From NCBI GenBank assembly GCA_002269645.1, contig NIVC01000694.1, forward strand, positions 378,464 through 442,463: DNA of 64,000 nucleotides, in the 5' to 3' direction. The position numbers and the translations under genes are program-made. How positions within the stretch are numbered: position 1 is the stretch's first letter; every line of letters starts with the position of its first letter. The stretch is from Macrostomum lignano (Eukaryota). This document shows, piece by piece, positions 11,666-21,795 of this stretch. The notes below the pieces were generated by a model, which searched no databases, was not told the DNA's origin, and saw only the letters and a list, made by a program, of their open reading frames with translations.

Positions 11666-12730
11666 CTATTTGATGCCGTGAATCCTCATCTTGTTCTTCA
11701 ACTCGGCGATCTCTGCCTGCTGCAGAGCGATGCGGTCGTCCTTCTCCAGGTCTTTGCGAAAGAATTCCAGTGCGGTCTGCAGCGCTTCGATCGCCTTCTT
11801 GTCCAGCTGGATGGTTTCGGCTTTGTCTCCGCTGCTCTTCAGCTGCTTGGCGATGACTTCCAGTTTGTTTGAGTTGACACTGAAGTCTCTGGCCAGCTCA
11901 TGCATCGCCTTCACATTCAACACTTTTTCCTTGGCCTCCTCAGTGATCGCCCCGGCTTCTTTAACGGCGCAGGCGGCTTGAACATGGCAGGCCTTCATGT
12001 TGACTGCGGTGTTCTTAGTCACTACACCGGCTCCAACGCCGCAGGCTGTGCCAGCAACGGTGCCAGCGGCAATCCAGGCGGCGCCGCCGGTGAAGAAGCC
12101 GAGGGCCGTGAGCCCGATCGCTCCGATCGCCAGTCCAGCAATTTTTTTTGCTCCCCGTTTTTTCGTTCTGTTCACTTCTTCATCCAGCTCAGCCGCTTTT
12201 TTTTCCAGCTCAGCCGCTTTTTCTTTCAGCTCAGTAGCTTCTTCATCCAGCACAGCCGCTTTCTTCTCCAGCTCATCTGCTTTCTTCTTCAGCTCGTCAG
12301 TGAGTTTCATGGCGATTTGCTGTGCTTTGAACAAGAGGCCGATGAAGTCATCGAATGCGGCTGAGAAGTCGCTCGCCATTCTATGAGTAGAGATGAGCAT
12401 CTCACAGAACTCCCTGACTACTTCTGGGGGAATGTTGATCGTGATTTTTGTTCGCACGAATCTCTCGAACACTTGGATTTCTTTCCCGAAGTTCTGGAGC
12501 CAGACTTCCAGCTTGGATCCGGAGCTCCACACTTTTTCTAGTTCCAGCTTCAGTTCCTTCAGCAGTGGCTCATCAGCCAGGTCGAGTTGCTCCACCTCGC
12601 TTGCGTGCTTCTTCGTTTGCTCGATAACTCTGTACAGCTCGGTTCTATCGTCTTGAAGCGACTTCATCGTCTTGACAGCCTTGCTGATGCCGCTCAGGAC
12701 GTCGCCAATCTCTCCCAGCTTCTCAGCCAT
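11666..12730 (-). CDS. 354-aa intronless helical protein with a long coiled coil and a central hydrophobic hairpin (ClyA/Hbl-like or ApoL-like topology; family unassigned)
   Basis: Intact ATG-to-stop ORF; heptad-rich segments flank GLAIGAIGLTALGFFTGGAAWIAAGTVAGTACGVGAGVV; the close paralog 49589-50506 conserves the frame, and all indels are multiples of 7 aa. Confidence 0.85.
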   Translation of the reverse strand: MAEKLGEIGDVLSGISKAVKTMKSLQDDRTELYRVIEQTKKHASEVEQLDLADEPLLKELKLELEKVWSSGSKLEVWLQNFGKEIQVFERFVRTKITINIPPEVVREFCEMLISTHRMASDFSAAFDDFIGLLFKAQQIAMKLTDELKKKADELEKKAAVLDEEATELKEKAAELEKKAAELDEEVNRTKKRGAKKIAGLAIGAIGLTALGFFTGGAAWIAAGTVAGTACGVGAGVVTKNTAVNMKACHVQAACAVKEAGAITEEAKEKVLNVKAMHELARDFSVNSNKLEVIAKQLKSSGDKAETIQLDKKAIEALQTALEFFRKDLEKDDRIALQQAEIAELKNKMRIHGIK

Positions 12731-13316
12731 GACTCTTCGAATAGTTTATGTTTATTGCTTTTGTTTGGAAGTGCTTCACGATTGTCTTTTCTTAAGCTAT
12801 ACGCGTTTTTTAGCGTATGCAAATTTCGGTTTCTGAAAAAACGTATTTAAGACTATGGAGTGAGCAGCTCGCGCTTGATTTTCAAAAAAAAAGTTTTGGC
12901 ACCCAAATAAATAGAAAATGAGAATGAGCTGAAACACGTGCTCACGTGGTTGTTAGTACCTTGTTAAAGATACAGCCATTTTCGCTTTACTATTTAATGA
13001 ATTATCTCTTGCATTTTACCCTGTACTTAAGCATATTCGGCATAGTGCAAGTCAGCCCTGCCCTGATACCCTTATTCGCGAGCATCTCACAATGGCGTAC
13101 GATGGTTCATAATTGCAATGAATTATGCGCGTGAAAAGAACGTGCTTTGCCTTACCTTGAGATTCTCACAGTTGCAGGTGTGCATATTAAGAAACCGAAC
13201 TTCCCTTTCTAAAAGCTCAATGTATAGCTCGGTGCCGCATCACCGCGGTCTGCAAGTCTACAAATCTGCTATGACCAGCTTTGCAGAATCTTGCAATTGA
13301 AATAGTAGTTAATGAC

Positions 13317-13384
<68 letters not shown>

Positions 13385-13416
13385 GTAGTAGTAGTATAGT
13401 AGTAGTTGTAGTAGTA

Positions 13417-13491
<75 letters not shown>

Positions 13492-13492
13492 C

Positions 13493-13574
<82 letters not shown>
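13317..13574. repeat. (TAG)n microsatellite
   Basis: Direct; an equivalent tract lies at 51113-51580 in copy B. Confidence 0.98.
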
Positions 13575-13833
13575 TTCATTAACTAACTCGTGAAATCTAT
13601 TCATCAACTTTGCATTCACATTCATATGATTCCTTGTTTTTTTTCAAAGTATATAACAGCACTCAATTTATTTTTAATAAGCTTTCAATTTGATTCCATT
13701 TCACTCTAATCTAATTTGAAGTTTGATTCTTACTCGCAAATTTTAAAAAACGTAAATTCATATTCGTACTTTGGGGGTCGGGACTATCAAAACTGTTTAA
13801 TCTGGCAAATATCTTTAAATCTCTTAATAGGAC

Positions 13834-14212
13834 TACTACGTAATGCGTAGATAAGTGTTGATTTTTAGGCAGATTTGACGCTAAAAACGCAAATTATACT
13901 ACTATCTTAAAAATTAAGTAAGTAGTATATAAAAACGCTATCCTAAGCGTTATATACACGGCAATATGTAGTCGTATATGTGCATTAATCCATGTACTCA
14001 TATATGTACATTAATCCCATGTACATTAATCCCTATCTATCTCAAATGTCCATGTCTTTCCCCAATTCTATATGTACGCAGTACATACATGTGCATTAAT
14101 CCACTTCTACATGTACAATGTCATCCCCAGACGGCCCGCGCACGCACACCAAGATTACAACTCGAAACCCTACTACATGTACAGTTGTACAATCTCATCC
14201 AAATGAGTCAAC
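13834..14212 (+). repeat. Left terminal inverted repeat
   Basis: tactacgtaatgcgtagataagtgttg...aatgagtcaac is the reverse complement of 31858-32253, with small indels. Confidence 0.95.
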
Positions 14213-14440
14213 ACCCAAGTTTCACAAAGCACGTTATATGCACATTACCATTTATATGTCAATTATTCAAAACCTACATGTAGCTGATTACACTATATAC
14301 TACCTTTAGTAGAGTTACAAGTCAAGATTCTATTGAAAAAGACTGTATTTATATAGTTTCACATTGGAAAAGCGTATATTTTCATTTCAATAATTGAAAC
14401 AGAGAGCAATAACAGCAAGGAGACAACAGCAAGTTGAGAC

Positions 14441-14947
14441 TTAATTATAGCCTGTACTACCAAACCCTCCTGCACCGCGAATTGAGTGGCTGTGGGAGGC
14501 CTCCTCTTCACCATTCCCTCTATAGAGATCCCTTACAACTACGGGAGTAATCAATACACGCTCCAAAACTAATTGAGCGATACGGTAGCCCCGAGTTATG
14601 AACCAGTCCGCACTGCCATGATTAAATATCACCACAGTCAATTCTCCAGTATATATAGTCAGGGTCAATCATGCCGGCGCCCACTTGTATAGACTTGCGC
14701 AACGCAGCCCAGACCGGCCGGCAATCCGAGCGTAGGTCCCATCAGGCGGCTGGATTGAAATTCCGAGAGGCACCTGCGCAACCGACCCGGCCCGGATAAA
14801 AGCATCCTCAGAGGCAAAGAGATCGTAGCCAACAGAACCGATCGTCTGGCGAGCCGGCGGGCGGGCGCCTTCAGTCAGCAGCGACACCTTTAAAGCAGCC
14901 ATGATGACGTAGCTGGAATTGGTGAGTTTGCGGTTATAATCAGTCAC
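14441..14947 (-). pseudogene. dut: dUTPase (trimeric type) with compensating frameshifts
   Basis: Motifs GSVGYDL, YARIAGRSGL, (shifted frame) IQVGAGMIDPDY, GELTVVIFNHG, RIAQLV and RGAGGFGSTG. A -1 lesion near 14703 and a +4 (atat) lesion near 14650 enclose a TGA at 14669. Confidence 0.9.
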
Positions 14948-15237
14948 AGTGTTTACACACAGAATGTTTTATAGTTTATTTTTTTCATTCATTCTAAATA
15001 GCATTACTCGAAAAAATGGTAAAAATCTCAACACAGTATTTAAAACTAATGAACGAGGTGCATATGGATAACGCATGTGTGCATACACAACATTTAATGA
15101 TATAGCAAGTTGAGATATAATACGAGGTGCATGAAAATTAGATTGAGTGCAGACACGACAGTTGATAAAAACAAGCTATGTACAAGGTGCATGAAAATAA
15201 AAATGCGTGCAGACACAACATTAAATTGTCAACAATA

Positions 15238-16178
15238 TTAACAAAGCCCCGAGCCGGGGAAAAAAGTGCCTAATTCCGCGGCTATCTCCTCGTGGAGCTC
15301 CGCCTCGTACACTTCTCTCTCCCTTCTCGCGGCGTAATAAGCCCGCTCATCAGAGGGGCTGCCAAAACAATAGTCCGCTAGCTAGAAAAGGGAATGGGTG
15401 GAAAAGTTTTCCGATATAATGCATTGAAATTTTGAATCGGCAATTAGTTTTTAGTTGCAAAATGAAAAGTTTTCGAGTAAAATGCATTTATAGTAAAATC
15501 TGCAATTATTTACCATGTCCAAGTCGGGCTCGCGGCGCCATTGCCGCAAAAATTCTTGGTATGCGGCCTCTTCGTCGTCAGCAGCAGCAGCAGCAGCCTT
15601 TTCACTTGCAGCAACGTCAGTACTGTGCTGCTGTTGCAGCCCCATCCGAGGGGCTAAATTGATGCCCAATCGGCAGCGGCTCGTCTTCTTCTTCTTATTC
15701 TTCATTTGCCGCGGTTGCTGATTCAGACTGCTGCTGCTGCCTTCAATAGTCGCGGCGGCGGCGGCGGCGGCGGTGGCGACTGCGGCATGTTCACAGGGGC
15801 TGGCCCCCAGCAGTCCACAGCCATTACCGGGCTGGCAACATTCATTGCCGCAGTAGCCACCACCGCACCAACCTTGAAAGTCGTCAATGCTGCTGCTGCT
15901 GTCGCCACTGATGCTGCTGTTGGTGCTGCTGCTGCAGCCGTTGCCGCTACTACTGTTGCTGCTGCTGTTGTTGTCAGACTTGCACGCCAGACTTAAAACC
16001 GGTCGGGCGGTAGAGCGAAGCGGCGGGTTCCGGCCTACTCGACCGCCCCCAACCCCGCACCACAGGATTGAGGGGCTCTACCGCCGCAACGCAGTGCTAC
16101 AGCCACCGCAACTAACTGCGACGGCTCGTCTTCTTTTACACTGCCACTGCTGCGGCTGCGGTTGCTGTTTCTGTTCAT
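15238..16178 (-). CDS. Orphan two-exon low-complexity (Ser/Gly/Cys/Ala-rich) gene inside the Polinton-like element; probably frameshifted near its 5' end
   Basis: Open frame ~16080-15514, GT-AG intron 15513-15382, then in-frame exon 2 LADYCFGSPSDERAYYAARREREVYEAELHEEIAAELGTFFPGSGLC*; minus-strand TATA-like (~16250) and CCAAT (~16283) motifs upstream. Confidence 0.5.
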
Positions 16179-16624
16179 TGTGTGCCGTGGGAGTTGATCG
16201 CAAATTTTCAATTTGAAAAGATTTTCAGTCGCGCAGGGGTCTCGTTTTTATAGTGATTTTGCGAGGTCTCTCATTGGCTCCGCCAGCCTGCAAGCAAGCA
16301 AGCAAGCAGGCAAGCAAGTCTGCCCAAACCCCAGCCCAGCCCCGCCAGCGAGTTAGTCAGTCTGACTCAACAACAGCAATCTATAGCTATCTGTTTTAAT
16401 AATAAAATTTTCAAAGTCTCGGTTATTTTCAATTTCAAAACAAATGAAATAAGACCATTTTAATTCCAGAGATGTTATTTGTCAATTCCAGTTTATTCAA
16501 AAAGATGGTTTTCACATTATTAGAGTTGATATAACCACAGAAACAGATTCCCACAAGTAAAAATTATACAATTGAGAGTTAATCAACATCAACAGCACTG
16601 AAAATGGCCTCGAAACACTCAGCT

Positions 16625-16816
16625 GCGCCGCGGGGCGGCTGCGGCAGCCTAGATGCGGCGGAAAAAAACAATTCAGGCCAGGCATGGGCTATAACTACGT
16701 GGTCATCGCTAACCGCGACAAGCGATGCCTCATCAGGGCGCTAGTGGTGGCCAAGGCTTTCGCGGACATGCAGGCCAAGGCCATTACTAAGCGGACTTGG
16801 CGAACGATAAAGGCCA
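16625..16816 (+). pseudogene. Diverged duplicate of a pPolB N-terminal exon fragment
   Basis: Encodes YVVIANRDKRCLIRALVVAKAFADMQAKAITKRTWRTIKA, homologous to 26930-27121 (YVVIANSDKRCLIRALVVAKAFADLEAKAITKQTWRTIKA). Confidence 0.85.
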
Positions 16817-17297
16817 TGTCAAAGTTATTATACAAACCATATATTCCCACAAAAGCAATGATTATACAACCCACACACATTACGAATATGAATATTCCCA
16901 CACAAAAAGCAATGATTATACAGCCCACACAAAAGAGTTTTTTTAGAAATTGTCTTAATCATTTTCACTCGACACACATTGTGGGGAGCTGCTGCAGTTT
17001 GGCCTTGTCGCTGCTGTAGATTAGCTTAATTCGCTTGTTCTGCTCCTTGATCACAGCAGCCCAGGCAGCAAAGGCCGGCTCGTGGGGCCCAATCTGATGG
17101 GCCGGGGTCTTGAAAAGCTGTTCATCAGTCAGGCCGGCAGCCCAGCTCTCGAGTTCAGTCGAGTCCGGGGGATACGAGTGCCACCACTTGTAGCTGCTGC
17201 CGTCAATCGTTGAAAGCTTCTTCACCTGCGGCTGCATTTCAATCGGTGGCGGGGTGTTGGCACTGCGGCGGCGGCTGCCCTCGCCGTCACCATCATT

Positions 17298-20200
17298 CTT
17301 CTTCTTCTTCTTCCGACACCCCACAACGCTGCCCTGGCAGCTGGGGGGAGGGCGCTCACAGGCGCCCCAACCTGCGCTGCGCAGGAGCAGGAGCACGTCC
17401 ACTGGATGGTCAAGGATGTCTCCTGTTCGGAGTCTGGCGCGGAGCGCATCCCCGCGTGGGCATTGCCGCAGGATGTGGTCCTCCGTGTCCGGAAGTTCAC
17501 AATCCCGGCACCGCGGGTCGTCGGTGATGCCAAGGCAGTGACGCGTGGCCTGTGCCAGGCTGGAGCATCCGGCCCGCAGTTGATTGATGGCCACCGCCTC
17601 GCTCCGGCTGAGATTGTTCGGGGGTCGCTTCCATGATGGACCAACGAGTTGACGGTCCAGCGCAACGCGCGCTCTTCGGATTGCTGCTTTGGCCGCCTGA
17701 AGCGATATTGGCCCATTCTGTTGGTCATTATTTCTGGCGCTGTTGGCTAGCCTGTCGGCCCGCTCATTGCCGCCGATGCCGCAGTGCGCGGGCACCCAGA
17801 CGAGTTCGCAGGTGCGACTGGACGCGGCCAGCAGGGCGAGCAGGTCCCAGCAGCTACGGCCATTGCCGGTGTCTTGCTGACCAGGACCGGCCTCGAGCGC
17901 ACTCAGGGCTGACCGGGAGTCAGTATGGAGGCGAATAGTGGTGCCGTGACAAGCTGGCAGCTCATTGACGTATCTGAGGCCGGCTAGGATGGCCACCATT
18001 TCGGCCTGGAAGCTGCTGGCGATACGGCCGGCCGGGGCTGCGACGGTGCTGCACCAAAGGCGCGTGGTGGCCACAGCCGCGCCCAACGCGTTGTTGATAC
18101 CACCACTGGCCGATCCATCGGTCCATAGCTCAATATTCACCGGCGCCATGGCCGCCAGTAGGTGCTGAGCCCGTTCCTTCTTAATGCTGGCGGGGAGCCA
18201 TCGGTTGCAGGTCTCTCCCAACTCAAGGTGGAAGCTGACGGCTCCTCCGCCGTCGGCGAGGATCATCCGGTTAACCCACGGCTGCACCAGATCCCTGGCC
18301 AAGTCATCGAGGCCGGGGCACAGTTCCTGGCTGAAGCGGCGCCAGCATCCATGGTGGGGCCGCTGGTACTCCACCTTCAGCAGGGCGCGGCCGCCTTTGG
18401 CGGGGTCCGTTTGCCTGGCGTTGGTGGCATCCTCCGCCTGCAGTCGCCTCTCGCTTTCAAAGGCTCGGTTGCGGAGGCGGGGCTCGCTCTGCCTCGAGGC
18501 CGAGGTTGTCGCCGGTATGTCTGGGGCGAGTCTGAGAATACGTTCTCTGAGACAGGCGGCACGTTCCAGGGCTATGTTGTTGAAAGGTGGCAGGTCGGCG
18601 ACGGCGAGGAGGCTGGTCACGCGAGTGGGTAGGAGACAGCCCGTAATGATTCGGGCGCAGGCGTTCTGCTGCTGCTCAATCAGCATCTTGGTGCTCGGAG
18701 CAGCGCTGGCCGCCCAGATCCCACATCCGTACTCGGCCACAGCTCTGACCGTCGTCATATAGGCGGTCCTGCGCACGGTCTGCGACGCGCCGGCGCGTCT
18801 AGACGCCAGGTTGCCGAGCGCTCTCCGGCGCTGAGTCATCCGACGACGCACAGAGTTCACATGGGGCAGAAACGTCAGCTGGTCGTCCAGGGTGAGCCCC
18901 AGGAAAGTCGGGTTTTTGCAGTAGCTGAGTGTCTCACCAGCCAGGGTGAGGGAGACTGTGAGCTTGCCATTGACCTCCGCTGGTGATAGCGTGAATGTGG
19001 TGTAACAGCATTTGTTGGTGCTAAGCATCACTTTCCATTCCTGGCACCAGGCCGCGACCGCGTCCAAGGCAGGCTGGAGCATGGCCCCACAACCTTTGAG
19101 GGTGCGGTGAGTGGCGAGGAGCGCCGAGTCGTCGGCAAAGAGGCTCGTGCCGCAGTCCGGTGCCGCTCTCGCGATGACTGTCGGGAGGTCATTCACATAG
19201 ATGCACCAGAGCATAGGAGCTAGGACGGAGCCCTGCGGCAGGCCCTCGCCGAACGCGCGCAGCCGGCTGTAGGTGCCTTCGTAGCGAACGCATGCGTGCC
19301 GGTCTGAGAGGAAGGCGTGGGTCCAGGCAATGGCATGCGCGTCTATCTCAATACGATCCATTTTAACCGTAAGGCCGTCTCGCCAGACTTTGTCATAGGC
19401 CGCCTTGAAGTCCATCTGGGCCAGGATGCTTCGGTGCGGTGGCTGATGTTCGAGTCCGTCGAAAACATCCTGACAGACACGGGCTAATTGTTCCTCCGTG
19501 CTACGTCCTTTTCGGAAGCCAGCTTGCGTTGCACTTAGAAGGCCCTTGGATTCCAGATCGTAGGTAAGCCGTGCCAGGACCATGCGCTCAGCGCATTTCG
19601 CTATGCAACTGGTAAGCGACACCGGCCTGTACGACTCCGGGACAGACGCGTCCTTATTTTTCTTGAGGACAGGCACGATGATAGCCCTGCGCCAGGCGCG
19701 AGGGATTTGTTTGGTCCTCCACGTCCGGTTGATGAGGTCCAGGAGCCGCTGGTCGGTCTTGGGGGGCAGTCTCTTGAGCATGTCGTTGCAGACGCCGTCG
19801 GGCCCGGCAGCTTTTCGGCTTTTGAGTTTCTTAAGAGCCATGCGGAGCTCGCACATGGAGAACAAGGAAGGTGGTTGGTGGGCCTTCCTGCGTGCTTCAA
19901 TGGCTTGGTTCCTGATAGCGCTGTCACTCTTTCGTCTTGGTACCCGCGACACGGCCGCGTACATTTGGCAGAAAACGACCGCTTTCTCCTTACGGGTCCT
20001 CGCCGGTCTCAGCTTAGCACCATTCTTGTCGCGTCTGATGAGATCAACGTTGCCTCGGGCAGGCGCGGTGTCGCCACGGCTGGCTCGAAGAAGGCCAAAC
20101 AGGTCGCTGTCCGCTGTAAGGTTGCTGGCGCGCTCTTCAAGAAAGCGCTGGCGCTCGCGTCTGATGGTGGCGCCGGCCTGGTGCCTTGCCCGGTTGTAGG

Positions 20201-21771
20201 CCGTCAGATTGGCAGTAGTCGGATCGTGTTCAGCGCGCTCTCTGGCCTCCACGCAGGCGGCTCTAGCCGAATCGCACTCGGCGTTCCAAAAGGGGGTGCG
20301 CCTGCAGGCGGGGCTACCTCTGGGGATGGCTATGGCTGCCGCCGCGAGGATGTCGGCGCAGAGAGCCTCATGTTCGATGTCAGCAGAGGGCCAGGCTTGA
20401 GGTCCTTGGATCGTTTCCAGGTGCGCCCTGAAGCAGCCCCAGTCAGCTTTACGGAAGCTCCAGCGAGTGCAGCCATGCTGGGGGGGGGGGCGTTTGTCGG
20501 CGGCGAGGGGGAATGAGATGGGCAGATGATCGCTGCCGATGTCTTTCTCAGTTCTCCAGCCATCGCTGATATAGTTCGCGAGCTGTCCGCCACTGATCGT
20601 GATGTCCGGCGCACTGCGCGAGCCAGTTGCTGGGCTAGTGCGCGTGTGCTGGCCATTGTTGCAGATATGGAGGCCTTTGTTGGAACACCATTCTTCAATG
20701 GCGTGGCCCCTCGCATCCTCTTCCATCCACCTGTCCCAGCAGCCGTGCGCGTTGAAGTCTCCTCCAAGCACCACATTGCCGCGAGACGGTAAGCTGTAGA
20801 AGTCAGGGGCCCAGGCTTCTTGGCGTTGCGAGCTAGTTGGGGGCGCGTAGACGTTGACAAGAGTGATGGAGGCCTGGCCCTTCGCGAAGATGGTGATGGA
20901 CGCCGTATCAAGCTTATCGTCCAGTCTTTGGTGGTCTCGCTCTTCGCTATACCTGACGTCGGAGCGCACGAGGATGATCACTCCCCCCCTGCTGGTATGT
21001 TTTTTTTGCCTTTTTGGTTTTTTTCCCGGCTAGGGAGGTGGCGCTCCCGCACGCCGGGGCTCCCGTGTCTTCAGTGGGCCGCTCAGGTATGTTTGGCACA
21101 GCAGTTCCTGGTTCAGGCCAGGTTTTGTCTCGCTCGGTGCACGCGGAGCGGCGGCCCCGGCAGCCTGTGCACCACGTTTGGCGGTCTTCTGGGTATCTCT
21201 TGCGGCAGGTGGGTCGATGGATGCGGCGGTTGTCCGTGGCACGAGCCGTCGGGCCCCTGCTGCCACGGCCATTTTCATCAGTTTGAGAGGCCGCGGGGGC
21301 ACCGCTAGCCCCGTCCGCCGCTGCCGCCGCAATGTCAGTTTCCTCTGGAGCGTATGGGATGCCGTCCGTCCGAGCAGCCACGCAGTAGCCGCTTGGAGGG
21401 TGGTACTCTTCGCCTTCCATGAGCTTAGTCTCCTGTAGCATGACGACCGCCGGGCGGTTTTTGGCGAGCCAGTTGGCCAGCTCCGTGGAGCGCGATTTCA
21501 GCCCGTTGACATTTAGCTGAAGTGCGCGGAGCTCTTGGTCCAGCTCTGCTTCTTCCTGCCCGCGGTGTCTGCCGCGGCGCTTGCGTCCCGCCCGGCGTTG
21601 CTTACGAGAGCCGGTCACGGTGGCGGCGCTGTTGCCGCCTCGCAGCCTTAGGATCCGCTCCAGGTTGCCGTCCTCTTTAACTGCGCAGGTTTGTCGGTAG
21701 GGGAAAACGTTAGTCACTCCTGGGGGGACTGCTTCGGTCTTCGGCAGTACGGACCCCAGGTCCAGGGGCAC
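17298..21771 (-). CDS. APE endonuclease-reverse transcriptase-RNase H polyprotein (one frameshift in a G7 run near 20985)
   Basis: APE: LQLNVNGL, MLQETKL, GGDFNAH, GSDHLP. RT: KAAGPDG, YRPVSL, QAGFR, DFKAAYD, PQGSVL, FADD. RNase H: WTDGS, SFQAEMVA, HTDSRS, WVPAHCGIGGNERAD. Zn motif: CRDC..EDHILRQCP. Confidence 0.92.
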
Positions 21772-21795
21772 GACGTGGACGTCTTCTCCAAGCCC
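17298..21795 (-). mobile_element. Apparently full-length Ingi-like (I-group) non-LTR retrotransposon
   Basis: 14-bp TSD ccgtcaccatcatt at 17284-17297 and 21796-21809; (GAA)n 3' tail; single ORF with APE, RT, RNase H and a C-terminal CxxC..H..C motif. Confidence 0.92.

Larger units (their letters stand above)
2269..13300. repeat. Segmental duplication copy A (paralog of ~32620-39570, ~48045-48800 and ~49580-51090)
   Basis: Long colinear near-identity: 2520-8870 matches 32975-39060, 9940-10700 matches 48045-48800, and 11666-13290 matches 49589-51090. Confidence 0.93.

Noticed and set aside
17210-21438. Numerous plus-strand and alternate-frame ORFs over the Ingi-like element; likewise over the family genes, polB exons and gag-pol
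   Set aside because: Shadow ORFs of GC-rich coding sequence with no independent motifs.
21690-21795. HDV-like or other self-cleaving ribozyme at the 5' end of the Ingi-like element
   Set aside because: Short hairpins are present, but I could not build the nested double pseudoknot or a hammerhead core by eye; an Infernal search would be needed.
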